Origin: a virus
Lineage: Duplodnaviria > Caudoviricetes
Direction: 5' to 3' (one strand)
Length of the DNA stretch: 64,000 nt
Virus record (IMG/VR): IMGVR_UViG_3300014326_000001
Coordinates: 1-64,000 of that record
In this document: in pieces, positions 45,050 through 55,539 of the stretch
How the letters are laid out: the number at the start of each line of letters is the position of its first letter
How positions within the stretch are numbered: the first letter of the stretch is position 1
The notes under the pieces: model-generated
The model's input: the letters and a program-made list of their open reading frames with translations, nothing else
Databases searched by the model: none
Told to the model about the DNA's origin: nothing
Made by a program: the position numbers and the translations under genes

Positions 45050-45778
45050 ATGACCGTTGAATATCTTACCGTAAATTATCTCTCGACTGAAGACCTGATT
45101 AGATTTTTCTCCAAAGTTAGTATTATTCCGTCTGTTACATGGAATGGAACGGCTTGTTGGAACTGGAAAGCAAGTCGAGGGCGTAAGGGCTACGGGGTGT
45201 TTTGGCACGGTAAACACCAAAAAGCTCATCGCTTCACGTTCGCGTGGACTATCCACCCGCTGCCCGTAGGTCAGGCGTTGGGCGAAATCGATCACTTGTG
45301 CGCAAATAAATCTTGCTGCAACCCTGTACATTTGGAATTCGTAGATGGCCCTGAGAATGCCCGCAGAGCAGCAGAAGCAAGAGCGGGCTGCAAGCATGGA
45401 CACTTGTGGACACCTGAAAATACTGGTTACAGAAACGGAAAACGCTATTGCCTTACGTGCGCCAATCGTCCGCGATATAAAAAGCTGACTAAAGAGCAGC
45501 GAGAAAGAGCGAACGCACTTCAAAACGCAAGACGCGATGCCAGCAAGGACGCCTACAACGCGCAGGCCCGTGCGTATAACGCTACGCGCCGTGACATTAT
45601 TAACCAGCGTACAAGAGAATCTCGTGCCGCCAATCGATCTGCCTATAACGCGAAGGCTGCTAAATGGCGACAAGCAAACCGAGAAAAGATTAACGCTCGC
45701 CAGAGAGCAGCCCGCGCTGCTAACCCTGAGGGCTATAAGGCTACCAATAAGAAGCACAATGATCGTAGGCATAAATAA
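45050..45778 (+). mobile_element. HNH homing endonuclease, antisense insertion
   Basis: CWNWK...KAHRF...IDHLCANKSCCNPVHLEFV..EN and CKHGHLWTPENT. Confidence 0.9.
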
Positions 45779-47920
45779 TTAGCGACGACAGCCAATCTCA
45801 GCGGCCTCGATAGCTATCTCATCCACACGGTCAAGTTCTCCTGAACCTGAAAATTGACCTTCTATCTGAATCGTGCTTACATTTAGGTTGCTGCAATTAA
45901 CTTGAAATTGCGCCCCGTAAGCAACTCCCGCCGTATTAGGCAACGCGATTGCTCCCGTCAGACTCGATGCGTTTCCTGCTTCCAACGCAACAACATCCAC
46001 GACTTGCGTAGGTTGCGCTCCAAACACTCCAAACGTTCCTACCGTTGTATCTCCGGTAATCCGAACTCGCTTGACGCAATGTGAACGAAGCTCTACACCA
46101 TTGTCAGAAAATGGAGCAGCCATAGCCCAATCTACCTGCGTTCCCGCAACTTGATCGAATCGTAGCGTTTGAATCTCCACTGTGTTATTAGCTAATCGCC
46201 CCCCACAAAGAAACTCCAAATATCCACCAACCGTAGCCACCCCTGAAACAATTTGGTCGCGAGTGGATGAAGACAAGACCACTTCCCCTAGCCACTCATT
46301 TTGCCGAAGTCCAAACACGAGAATCTTTGTCGTCCAAAAACCGTCATCATTTAATTTGTCGGCTGAATGGAAATAACAGATTGCGTCGTTAGTCGGATCG
46401 TGCCCTATTAACACGTTGCCAAGATTCCATTCGTCGGTAATAGCCTGAACAGGGGCAGCAAATCCTCTATCGGGGGAAACGTCAGCATTGCTCTGCGAAA
46501 TGAATTGCGCTTCAACTCTCGCTGGCCCACCAACACTAAACAGGTAAATAGACTCATTAGCGATAACAACCTGATGCGGGGTAGCGAATCCAGCCCGCAG
46601 GAATGGCTGAATAATTATCGGCACTACATCGCTCGGCGTTCCCTGCGCAATCTGGAGATGATTCGGGGTAAGCAAGTACAATCTTCCAGATGCGGAGACT
46701 GCCCCAAGAATCACTTCTGGAGGCGAAGATGAAAACGCTACATTGGTCGGCGCGGCCTCAATGTTCCCCGGCTTGGCTGGGAAAATAAATGGCCCCGGCG
46801 AAGTCGAAAGTACGGAGGACGAATATCCCGGCCCTTCACAGCTAATCCACACGGGCACGTTATTTAGCAGCAACACAAAAACAGCGTCGGGGGGCGGATC
46901 GTCGGGAACGGCAAAGTTGACTATCGGGTTTCTTTCCACTTCTGCATCAAGCCACTCAATGTCAAAGTCTCCCCCAGCGGGACTTACCTGAGTGCTATCG
47001 ACAGTTATGTAGTTGAACCACGGGCCTTCTAAGTAGTTAAGATCGGCACCCAAAGAAGCAGAGAAGGTTGTAACAGACACAAGCCAACCATCCTGTAAAT
47101 GCGCTGTATCCATTGCGGGAAAAGTGATTCGCACCATGTCATCGTCGGCAATGGTTACATCTGCGCGAAGCGAAGGAAGATTGAATCCTTGCGTTTGAGT
47201 CTTGGAGGGCTGAATGACTATTGAATAATTACCCGCCTGCATTCCTTTGGTTCCGCCGCTGACTGCCGCAAGTGACGGAGCGGGAGGCGTATCCATCCCC
47301 AACGGGGAACTAGCATAAATACCCGTATTTGGATCGAAGATGGAAATCTGAGGCTCACGAGTGGGAGTCAAACTAAGAGTGATTAACTGCCCGTTCAGAT
47401 AGAACGCTCCGCTTCCAACTGAAAGCAGTGTTCCCTTGTCGAATCGGAGCACGTTGCCCCAAAGCAGTGAGCCTCTTTGCGTGTCCACAGGGAAAAGAAT
47501 TGGCAGTCTCCATCCCTGCTCACCTGAAACTGTTCCAGTAAATGTTGGTGCTTGCCATGCGATAAACGACGTGTCAGAAACAATCCGTTGAACCACTAAG
47601 AGAAAGGCGCGATTGTCCCCGTCATCTACGACCAAGACTGATTGACCCAGATTGAGTTCAGTAATGAAGGACGTTCCCGCTCCGGTTACAGTGGTTGAGC
47701 CTGAAGTGAGAGACACTGTTCCGGTTAGAGCGATAGAAGGAATGTTCTCTGAAAGATTTAGTGAACCTGCGTAACACTCTCCGTAATTGTACGGAGCTTC
47801 GCCACGAATCAAGAAATTCTTAGCGCGGAAAAGTGCGTCATTGGACGTTGATCCTGATCTCGGTTGAGTTGGCTGAAATCGCGTAGGACGGATGGTTCTA
47901 GTTGGAAGATTGGTTCCCAC
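45779..47920 (-). CDS. Tail hub/nozzle protein (P22 gp10 / tubular-B-like)
   Basis: 713 aa, beta-rich, after three adaptor-sized genes. Confidence 0.6.
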   Translation of the reverse strand: MGTNLPTRTIRPTRFQPTQPRSGSTSNDALFRAKNFLIRGEAPYNYGECYAGSLNLSENIPSIALTGTVSLTSGSTTVTGAGTSFITELNLGQSVLVVDDGDNRAFLLVVQRIVSDTSFIAWQAPTFTGTVSGEQGWRLPILFPVDTQRGSLLWGNVLRFDKGTLLSVGSGAFYLNGQLITLSLTPTREPQISIFDPNTGIYASSPLGMDTPPAPSLAAVSGGTKGMQAGNYSIVIQPSKTQTQGFNLPSLRADVTIADDDMVRITFPAMDTAHLQDGWLVSVTTFSASLGADLNYLEGPWFNYITVDSTQVSPAGGDFDIEWLDAEVERNPIVNFAVPDDPPPDAVFVLLLNNVPVWISCEGPGYSSSVLSTSPGPFIFPAKPGNIEAAPTNVAFSSSPPEVILGAVSASGRLYLLTPNHLQIAQGTPSDVVPIIIQPFLRAGFATPHQVVIANESIYLFSVGGPARVEAQFISQSNADVSPDRGFAAPVQAITDEWNLGNVLIGHDPTNDAICYFHSADKLNDDGFWTTKILVFGLRQNEWLGEVVLSSSTRDQIVSGVATVGGYLEFLCGGRLANNTVEIQTLRFDQVAGTQVDWAMAAPFSDNGVELRSHCVKRVRITGDTTVGTFGVFGAQPTQVVDVVALEAGNASSLTGAIALPNTAGVAYGAQFQVNCSNLNVSTIQIEGQFSGSGELDRVDEIAIEAAEIGCRR

Positions 47921-47923
47921 AAT

Positions 47924-48526
47924 TTACGCTGCCGCCTGAGTCGCTCGACTAGTTATTGCCCCGCGTAACGCTTCGGCCAAAGCCTCCACGATGTCTGAGG
48001 TTACTTCTGATGAAACATCTAGCGCGTCGCTTGCCGACGCTGGAATTTCTGGAACGCTTGGAACCGTCAATTCAATCGTCCCTGAAAACCCACTGCTAGG
48101 ATCGTATTCTTCGTTAGCTGGGAGATAGTGAAAATCCAAGTCTCCCTTAACGCAGTAAATATTCAACTGAATTTGCCAAGCGTCTCTAGGTTGAACGTAA
48201 TCAAACCACTCTCCGCAGAACGACTGTGCTTGAGCTACAGTTACATCGTCAGGGTCGTCAATCGAGCTATTCACCATGCAAGAGGTCAGAACCGTTTCTG
48301 GTAATACGGCGACTCCGTTTGTTACCGTTAGAGAGTGCGTGCGCCTTAGAAGCGACTGTTTGCGACGTTCGCCCGTTCCCGCGTAACCTTCTGCGACGGC
48401 TTGGAAGACAGACGGAACCAACGCTTCCATGATCGTTGTAGCGTCGTCTAAATTAGGCGCAACATTAGCATCCAAGCCCCGCAAGGCTTGGAAGTAGCTC
48501 ACACTCAACATCTCTTCGTAGGTCAT
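47924..48526 (-). CDS. Neck/adaptor-like protein
   Basis: Size, position and helix-beta-helix layout. Confidence 0.5.
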   Translation of the reverse strand: MTYEEMLSVSYFQALRGLDANVAPNLDDATTIMEALVPSVFQAVAEGYAGTGERRKQSLLRRTHSLTVTNGVAVLPETVLTSCMVNSSIDDPDDVTVAQAQSFCGEWFDYVQPRDAWQIQLNIYCVKGDLDFHYLPANEEYDPSSGFSGTIELTVPSVPEIPASASDALDVSSEVTSDIVEALAEALRGAITSRATQAAA

Positions 48527-49227
48527 GCCGCTGCCGCCATTACGGGTTGAAATTTAGCTAGCCACTGGTCGGAAATCGCGCCGAACGAGTTTGCCTGCTG
48601 AATAAATTCGTCGTCGCGGAAGGCTTGCCGTAAGCCTTCATCGACTAATGCCGCCTCCAAGTCGTCAGCTAACAGCATGGTATCGTTGGCTATAATTGCT
48701 GCTCGCTGCGCTGACTCGTCATACTTACAAACCTCAATGATTACATTCGTGCGCGTGTGATAGACCGTAGCCCCGTTGATGTTGTACCAGTATGCCGCCG
48801 ACTTGAAAAAGCTCCCCGCGTTTGCTGACCTGATAGTCACTTCTCTTAGCGGTCTCTTGACGCACGGAGTTCCATCTGATGAGTCGTAAACACTGCCGGG
48901 GATACCTACTACCGGAACGCCTGTAGATGTATTCGTTGGTAACGCTGTTCGGTTAGCTATCGCGCTCGTTAACCCGCGAAGGTATGAGCGATAAGGGTGC
49001 GCAGAATTCGCAATGGCATTTACAAATCTGCCTTCTGCCAGTAACACTAAATCGACAATGGACGTAAACGGGAAGATCGGGGAATTCACTTCTGAGTCGG
49101 TTAGCGGAGTTACGGTGTAGGCGGTCTCTAGCTGTGCCGCAGTAGTTCCAAGTACCGCGTTAATTCTAAGGGCTATCTGGCGCAAGATGGCGTCGTATTC
49201 GACTGACATCACGACCATCCTCCCCAC
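48523..49227 (-). CDS. Neck/adaptor-like protein
   Basis: As above; ATGA-coupled. Confidence 0.5.
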   Translation of the reverse strand: MGRMVVMSVEYDAILRQIALRINAVLGTTAAQLETAYTVTPLTDSEVNSPIFPFTSIVDLVLLAEGRFVNAIANSAHPYRSYLRGLTSAIANRTALPTNTSTGVPVVGIPGSVYDSSDGTPCVKRPLREVTIRSANAGSFFKSAAYWYNINGATVYHTRTNVIIEVCKYDESAQRAAIIANDTMLLADDLEAALVDEGLRQAFRDDEFIQQANSFGAISDQWLAKFQPVMAAAA

Positions 49228-49979
49228 GCGCCGTTACCACCATCTAAGGAACCAACGCGAATGCCCATGTGATCCTCGACCGTGTTTCTTATGTACCTCA
49301 GCCATCCGTCGCTAATTCTCGCCTCGTCGTTTTTAAGAGCTTCGGCAATTTCTCGACGGTGCGCCATGTTGTACTTTTGGTCGCTGCTGTCCCATTGGCA
49401 CGACGGAAGGATTGACAACGCCCCCCACGTTTCCACAAGAGAATGAAACTGGCTCAACACGGGCGAGTCTTGAATCGCTGCGGTACTCGACCAATCAGAA
49501 CTGGCAAAAGTTACTAAATAACTAGCCCCCAAATTCGGCATCGGCAACACCCGCACCCAACGCGAACCATCATCACGAAAGTAAAAAGCCATTCGCATTG
49601 CCGTGTTTGGGCTACCATCAGTGAACATATAGTTCGCCACGTTTACGGGATAACCCCAATCAAAATTCATGTCGGCTATTTCGACAAATTCAATCGACCT
49701 TTGAGGAATCGAGAGATTTTGGGGATAGTACGTTAGAACTTGAATTGGCTTTCCGTAACTAGAGTCCACCGCGAGTAGAAAATCCTGCGTGGTAGGCGTT
49801 ACTTGGAGAAGGTAATCCGGCTTGAGACTCCACGGCTGTCCGGTGGATTCTAGCTGGGTATAAAACGATTGGAGGGCTTCAAATGCGGCCTGAGTTACCC
49901 GACGACCGCTGGGCTTGTTAGGCAGCGGTTCGTCGGTTAACAGTCGAATATTGCTACAAATCTGCTGCACACTTGGCAA
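49209..49979 (-). CDS. Neck/adaptor-like protein (P22 gp4 / tubular-A-like)
   Basis: MPSVQQICSNIR N-terminal helix; position after the capsid genes. Confidence 0.55.
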   Translation of the reverse strand: MPSVQQICSNIRLLTDEPLPNKPSGRRVTQAAFEALQSFYTQLESTGQPWSLKPDYLLQVTPTTQDFLLAVDSSYGKPIQVLTYYPQNLSIPQRSIEFVEIADMNFDWGYPVNVANYMFTDGSPNTAMRMAFYFRDDGSRWVRVLPMPNLGASYLVTFASSDWSSTAAIQDSPVLSQFHSLVETWGALSILPSCQWDSSDQKYNMAHRREIAEALKNDEARISDGWLRYIRNTVEDHMGIRVGSLDGGNGAWGGWS

Positions 49980-49990
49980 CTATCATTCTC

Positions 49991-51151
49991 CTACTCACTC
50001 GGAGTTTCAGGGTTCATGGCTTCACATGCTCGTTCGTGAGCTTTCTTTCCCGCCAACGTGGGAGATGTTCGCCCACATCCGTCACAACTGAAAACTTCCG
50101 CTTCTGACTGCGCCTCGGACTGCGCGGCCAATACCTGAGCTTCCAGTTCAGCAATGCGTTCTGCGTCAGCCTTCCGCGCCGCTGCAAGTCGGTCGTCCAT
50201 GCGTCTCTCAATCATCTCCATGTCCGCCGCGCTCATTCCTTGTGAAACTTGCGGGATCGCATTCTGGGCGGTAAACATCTTTGCCAATTCCTGCATCGGC
50301 TGATCCTGCCGGGGGATTTCCAGTTGCTCGATGAGCATTTCACACACAGGAGAATACGAATAGCTCCATCCACCTTGCCATTCTCCGACGTGCCCTGTCT
50401 TTAACAAGCCGTGCTCGACGCCAACTTGTCGCATTGCCCAAACACGAAATTCATTGCACATTCTCAAGGCGTCAGCCCTGTATTTCCCGAAGTCAATCCG
50501 TGAATCGGTGACTACCGCTGACTTGATTTGATCTTCCAAACCTCGCAAAGTTTTCTCAACCCCGTCGCCAAACATGGCGGTTTCGATCACGTCAAGAATT
50601 CCGTTGTTGTCGGGCGTATGACACTCTTCCCACGACTTGCCTTGAAGTACAGAAATCTCGTCCATGCCCTTACGGATCGGGTTCATGGAATAACGTCGCA
50701 GGATTCTCAACCCATCACCGGGATACACAGGAACAAAACCAAACTTGTTCTTTACCGCTTCAGGGTTCAAGGGGATTCCCTGCCACGCTACAGCCTGAAG
50801 ATCGCCCAAGTGCTGCATTGGAATCGGCTCGCCGCCCATTTCCAGAATCGTTGCGCGACCACGGGGAACAAACCCTCTTCCGTATCTTTGCAAACAAGGA
50901 TTCGGAGTCTCTTCGCCGCCTACCTGAAGCCACGAGATTTCAGACTTTCGTTCAGGCACAATCAAGTCGCCGGGGAAGAACACCCAACGAGTAACATTCG
51001 CTCCAACTACACGAGTATCAAAGAATCCAACTGAATCAAAAATCTCTGGCTTTGTCTGTTCGAGTACTTGCGACATAAGAACCTTTCTATTCAAACGTTT
51101 GTTTACCTTCCGGCCATACATAAGCTGGATAGGATGGAATTGGCGGCTCAA
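49991..51151 (-). CDS. Hypothetical late protein with C-terminal C2H2-like finger
   Basis: FSCDGCGRTSPTLAGKKAHERAC. Confidence 0.7.
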   Translation of the reverse strand: MSRQFHPIQLMYGRKVNKRLNRKVLMSQVLEQTKPEIFDSVGFFDTRVVGANVTRWVFFPGDLIVPERKSEISWLQVGGEETPNPCLQRYGRGFVPRGRATILEMGGEPIPMQHLGDLQAVAWQGIPLNPEAVKNKFGFVPVYPGDGLRILRRYSMNPIRKGMDEISVLQGKSWEECHTPDNNGILDVIETAMFGDGVEKTLRGLEDQIKSAVVTDSRIDFGKYRADALRMCNEFRVWAMRQVGVEHGLLKTGHVGEWQGGWSYSYSPVCEMLIEQLEIPRQDQPMQELAKMFTAQNAIPQVSQGMSAADMEMIERRMDDRLAAARKADAERIAELEAQVLAAQSEAQSEAEVFSCDGCGRTSPTLAGKKAHERACEAMNPETPSE

Positions 51152-51267
51152 CTATATCGAACGTGCCATAAAGATAATCTGCGATCAGCGTTCCAATTAC
51201 TACACGAGCAGAAACACCAAATCGCGCTTCACTGCGACCTAAAAGCTCAATCTCATTGACTAATCGC

Positions 51268-52116
51268 TCAAGCATAAATTTGGACTAGATTCGGACGGTG
51301 CGCTTTCTTGATTTCCGCCAATTCGCCTCGTTTCTGAACTTCTCTGTCTCGAATCATCTGAAGTCCCCATGTTTTTGCTTGCTCTAACTGAACGGGGTCA
51401 AGATCAGGTCGAACGTTAGGATTCGTTGCCGCATCCTTTTCTCGACGCGCTACTGTTCGTCTTAGGCGGTTAAGTTCCCGATCACCGGGAGTCGCGTAAG
51501 TTCCGTAGCAAATCTCGCCTAAGTCTCTTGCTTCTTTACAGCACGTCAACGTATGGTCGGCAATGATTCCGATGTAAGGGAGTAGGTTGTACCAACCCTC
51601 TCGCGGTACTTCTCCGCAAACATCTTGATTAACAGTCGCCGACTCTGTGATCTCAGAACAGAAACGACAAACAAGCATATGTCCCTCAGACTGGTCAACG
51701 CTGATCCATTTGAACGATTTGCAATAACGACAAATCGTGGGAGGTGTTTCCGTAACCACCTTCCGATAGCGTGTTAACTCCCAGCTTTGAGCAATCGCTT
51801 CTGGCTCAAATCTCTCTTCCAGAACCCACCTTGGAGGAGAGATGTCTACATAGTCGTCATCCCCAATATCAATGGAGACCGCACGGTAGATTTGCCGCCA
51901 TTCTCCCGCCGTGGCATTGCCCGCAAAATCCCACGCGGTATTCTCATATCTTCGACAATCCCACGCCCACTTTAAGCGAACGATAGGATGCCCCGAAGGG
52001 CTGACGCCAAGAATTTTGTTAAGTTTCCGCTGAAAAGAAGGAACATCAAACGACGGAGACTTATAAACACCAGCGTCAGCCCATTTCGAGGGGTTGTTGT
52101 ACGCGTCGTGATCCAT
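51268..52116 (-). CDS. Hypothetical late protein with zinc ribbon
   Basis: CRYC...CRFC. Confidence 0.7.
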   Translation of the reverse strand: MDHDAYNNPSKWADAGVYKSPSFDVPSFQRKLNKILGVSPSGHPIVRLKWAWDCRRYENTAWDFAGNATAGEWRQIYRAVSIDIGDDDYVDISPPRWVLEERFEPEAIAQSWELTRYRKVVTETPPTICRYCKSFKWISVDQSEGHMLVCRFCSEITESATVNQDVCGEVPREGWYNLLPYIGIIADHTLTCCKEARDLGEICYGTYATPGDRELNRLRRTVARREKDAATNPNVRPDLDPVQLEQAKTWGLQMIRDREVQKRGELAEIKKAHRPNLVQIYA

Positions 52117-52119
52117 TGA

Positions 52120-52458
52120 CTACGAAGCGGTCTTCCCTCCGATGACCATCCACGTATTGCTGGACGGAGCGCCGTAGCGAATGCACAGTGCGGTACACCC
52201 GCCATCGACTATCTGATAGTCCTGCGTGCCGATTACGACGGTACACGATGTCCGTTGCGTGGTTCCATCGATGGAAGTCACAATCACCGGAGAGTTGCTT
52301 GTTGCCGTCAGCGTGATTGCCAATGAATTAGCCCCGCAGATCACGATGTCATCGGTCGCAAGCACCGAATAACTCGTAGACGGATTTTGTACTACTGCGT
52401 TAGGGCCAAAACAATTCGCGCTGACAATAAAGGGGTCGGTTGTGTTGTGTGTTGCCAT
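52120..52458 (-). CDS. Capsid decoration-like protein
   Basis: Directly after the capsid gene; YSVLATDDIVIC...ITLTAT motif. Confidence 0.55.
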   Translation of the reverse strand: MATHNTTDPFIVSANCFGPNAVVQNPSTSYSVLATDDIVICGANSLAITLTATSNSPVIVTSIDGTTQRTSCTVVIGTQDYQIVDGGCTALCIRYGAPSSNTWMVIGGKTAS

Positions 52459-52469
52459 CTATCTTCTCC

Positions 52470-53747
52470 TTATAGGCCAGCGGAAACCTGTGTGGCAAAA
52501 GGAAGCTGACTTCTCTTAATGAAGGCAGACCCTCTTCCAGATAAAGTGGCGGGATTCCCCTTCCACCCCAAGGCTTTTTGGTAATTATCCGAACCAGTTT
52601 GGTTTGCGCCCAGCAGCATACGCATCTCTAGTCCGTCCCGATTGTACGGGCCGAACGGTTTCATCTCGTAGATTTTGTAGTCGCTGGTCTTGGCGAAGTA
52701 AACGCGATCTTCGTCCATGTCGGCGTCACAGATAAAGCGAGTGTCGCCATCCGTATAATCACCCTGAACGCCCTTCATCGTGTCCGATCCGGCGTCTTCG
52801 CGGAGGTAATAGCCAAGGTTGTAGCCTTGCTTGCGAATCGTTGAGTACTGACCGGGGGTGATGAAAGCGGTCAAGTTGTTCTTGGCTTCCAGTTGGTTGT
52901 TGCGAGTCTGAAGCAACGCCTTCGCGTTCTCAATGGCCGCAGGGGTCAAGAGAGCGCCCGCAAGGTCTACCACAGGGGCGTTCAAGTCGGTATAAACCGA
53001 CGTGTCGAGTCCCTGAAGCACGCGGTTCTGGTCACTAATAAGCCAGCCAAGCCCACGCATTGCCAACTGGTAAGAACCTTGAATCACAATCGGGTCGCCG
53101 CTGGAAATAGTTCCAGAGAGAACGTTGATCGTGCAGGAGCTTGTTCCGGCAGTTGTGACAACGAACGTTCCACGTACCGCGCCCGTCGAGGCGTTGATAC
53201 CCTGATACGTTTCGCCTTCCCACAGCCACATCGTTCCCTTGGTCTGGCCGGGAGTAGTCGCGGCGGTAGTGGTTCCGGTAAGCGATTGTGAACCAAGAAC
53301 GGTCGTCGTGGTTGCCGAGTAAGCCACGGCAGCGTTGCCAGTTCCGTAGAAATACTGGTTCATTCTCTTACGGAAGGTCTCGGTATACTGCACCATGATC
53401 TGATCGTAAGAGTTAACGTTGTCTTCGGTGTCATTCTCCATCGACTCGATGGAAGAGTTAGCCCAAATCATCGGCCATGCGCTCATGGTCGGATAAACCC
53501 ACATTGAAACAGTCTGTGGGCCATTGGCTTGATTGAAGTCTGAGTTGTCCGGCGTGAACCATGTCATGCCAGTGGGACGACGGGCGTAGTCAGGAAGGCG
53601 ATAACCCTTGGATGTAAGTTTCGGCTTGTCCACCGCTTTTCCAAAAGCTCTCATGCCCGGATCATTGTTCTCGTAAAACATCCGAACATCCTTCTCAACC
53701 GCCTGCCGTTTTAGGTCGGTAATCTGGTCAAATTGTACGGCTCCCAT
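52470..53747 (-). CDS. Major capsid protein
   Basis: 425 aa, after the scaffold, strong AGAGGAG RBS. Confidence 0.78.
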   Translation of the reverse strand: MGAVQFDQITDLKRQAVEKDVRMFYENNDPGMRAFGKAVDKPKLTSKGYRLPDYARRPTGMTWFTPDNSDFNQANGPQTVSMWVYPTMSAWPMIWANSSIESMENDTEDNVNSYDQIMVQYTETFRKRMNQYFYGTGNAAVAYSATTTTVLGSQSLTGTTTAATTPGQTKGTMWLWEGETYQGINASTGAVRGTFVVTTAGTSSCTINVLSGTISSGDPIVIQGSYQLAMRGLGWLISDQNRVLQGLDTSVYTDLNAPVVDLAGALLTPAAIENAKALLQTRNNQLEAKNNLTAFITPGQYSTIRKQGYNLGYYLREDAGSDTMKGVQGDYTDGDTRFICDADMDEDRVYFAKTSDYKIYEMKPFGPYNRDGLEMRMLLGANQTGSDNYQKALGWKGNPATLSGRGSAFIKRSQLPFATQVSAGL

Positions 53748-53759
53748 TAAATTCTCCTC

Positions 53760-55202
53760 TTAACCGCCATACGCAGAAGCGTTTGTCAAGCTGTACTCTT
53801 TATCAACCTTACGATTGAACGCGTAGTACTCCTGTGAGCCTATCGGGTGAGGATTCTGCGAGTAGGGGTTTTGAAGCCCTTGCTGCGCTTGTCCCGTTCC
53901 GGAAGGCACAAACCGCGCCTGCGCCGCCGCCAACTGACTTCCTTGCTGCGCCGCTGCCGTAGCCGCCCTCTCACCGCTCGCCTTTGCTAGTCTCAGAGCG
54001 TAGTCGTTCACTTTGGCGAGAATCTGTTGCTTGGCTGCGGTGGACTCTGATAAAGCCCGCGCTGCCTGCATCTTGTCTCCCATAGCTTCAAACTGCTTGT
54101 AAGCTGCCCTGCGATCACTCCAGCGATTTGCCAATTCATCAAACCCGTTCGGTTCTACACCCACTGCTTTGAGGGCTTTTACCGCCATCTCCCGATAAAC
54201 AGGGAAGGGACTTTGTAGGTTTCCAATCAGGGAAAGAATCTTGGTGTGTTCAAGTTCGTTTACGGTCGGGTCACTTGAGAAAGTAAATTGCGACGAAAGA
54301 TGTTGGTGAATGGAGTCGCGTATGCTCGCAGTCTCGGAAACTTGATCCTGTTCGATTGTCTGCGCCAAGTCGGACTGAAACTTGGTTTCGGCGGCTTCTT
54401 GTGCCGCTTTCTGCCGTTCCGTCTGCTCTTGCTCAAACTTTTCGGTGGCTAAAGCACGTTGAGCGTTCCGAAGCACCTCATCTGCAACAAGTGGCTTTTG
54501 CGCCAGCATGTCGAGCAGGTCTTCTCGCGCATCTTGAGACATTGACTTGAATGCCTCATGGTACTTTTCAGGAACTTTTCCGAGGTCTTCTGCTGTTACG
54601 ACCCCCGAAGCACGTAACTTGTCGATGTTGCGATAGTCGTCTATTCGATCTGGATCAAGCCCATGTGATCGGTACAATTCCCTTACTACCGTACTTGGAT
54701 TTCCATTTGCGTCAGGGACTGTAATTACTAGGGCATCAGCAAATATCTGATCCAAAGTCCCCGGCGATTCGGCCTCTAACCTTTCAAGAAACGGCCTAGA
54801 TGTGAATCCACTTGGATTCTCGGCAGAAGGAGTGTGAATAGACGAAACAAGCTCATAAGAAGACTTTGCAATGGTCGGATCGCCGATTGACTCGGCAACT
54901 TCCTTCCACGGCTCTAACGGCTTGTAGCTATCTAATCTTGAGTTACGTTCGCGCAACTCCGACCGCATTTGAATGATGGCTTGTACTTGAGGATCGTTCT
55001 CCTTGCCCTTGAGATCGTCGTCGTTCTCAGGAACTTGGAAGGCAGCCTCAGCCTGCCCAGCCTTATCATCCGTGGTTGGAGCTTGCTCCGCAGTCTGCGG
55101 GGCTTCTTCACCTAAATTGGCAACCGGAGCATTGCCCGCTTCTGGAGAAGCGTCGATAGCAGGAGAAGAGCTATCAATTACATCCGTGGTTATTTCATCC
55201 AT
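53760..55202 (-). CDS. Capsid scaffolding protein
   Basis: Acidic disordered N-terminus and coiled coils; between portal and capsid genes. Confidence 0.75.
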   Translation of the reverse strand: MDEITTDVIDSSSPAIDASPEAGNAPVANLGEEAPQTAEQAPTTDDKAGQAEAAFQVPENDDDLKGKENDPQVQAIIQMRSELRERNSRLDSYKPLEPWKEVAESIGDPTIAKSSYELVSSIHTPSAENPSGFTSRPFLERLEAESPGTLDQIFADALVITVPDANGNPSTVVRELYRSHGLDPDRIDDYRNIDKLRASGVVTAEDLGKVPEKYHEAFKSMSQDAREDLLDMLAQKPLVADEVLRNAQRALATEKFEQEQTERQKAAQEAAETKFQSDLAQTIEQDQVSETASIRDSIHQHLSSQFTFSSDPTVNELEHTKILSLIGNLQSPFPVYREMAVKALKAVGVEPNGFDELANRWSDRRAAYKQFEAMGDKMQAARALSESTAAKQQILAKVNDYALRLAKASGERAATAAAQQGSQLAAAQARFVPSGTGQAQQGLQNPYSQNPHPIGSQEYYAFNRKVDKEYSLTNASAYGG

Positions 55203-55220
55203 ACTTGGGGGCAATAAAAA

Positions 55221-55290
55221 TGCCTGATTACAACCCCAGAGGCTTTCGCTATCTGGAACTCTAATCAGGCAGGTCAACTACTTGGTTGAC
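55221..55290 (-). terminator. Stem-loops upstream of the scaffold gene (terminator/attenuator-like)
   Basis: Perfect 10-bp inverted repeat TGCCTGATTA (55221-55230) / TAATCAGGCA (55262-55271) followed on the minus strand by TTTTTATT; second hairpin GTCAAC/GTTGAC at 55273-55290. Confidence 0.55.
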
Positions 55291-55305
55291 TATGCTATTC
55301 GGTTG

Positions 55306-55539
55306 TCAGTCTTCTATCGTTAAACTTAAAACTTCAGCGCGTACATCCCGCGCCATTTTCATCAGTCTCCCTGCTTGAGCCTCTAAATGATCTAGCGTTT
55401 TCAAGAGAGCGTCACGTCGATTAGGGATTATAGGGATTTGCGGGGAAAACGCAACAGTTTTAACTGTAGGCGCTTGTCGCACGTCGTGTAAAACCTGAAT
55501 TCCGGCCTCTCGACTGATTCGGTCGCTTAGTTGACTCAT
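55306..55539 (-). CDS. Hypothetical protein
   Basis: ATGA-coupled to the portal gene. Confidence 0.55.
   Translation of the reverse strand: MSQLSDRISREAGIQVLHDVRQAPTVKTVAFSPQIPIIPNRRDALLKTLDHLEAQAGRLMKMARDVRAEVLSLTIED

Noticed and set aside
44972-45772. Long minus-strand ORFs 44972..45772, 33756..34430 and 42118..42636 as late genes
   Set aside because: They are shadows of the clear + strand HNH genes and have no protein-like motifs
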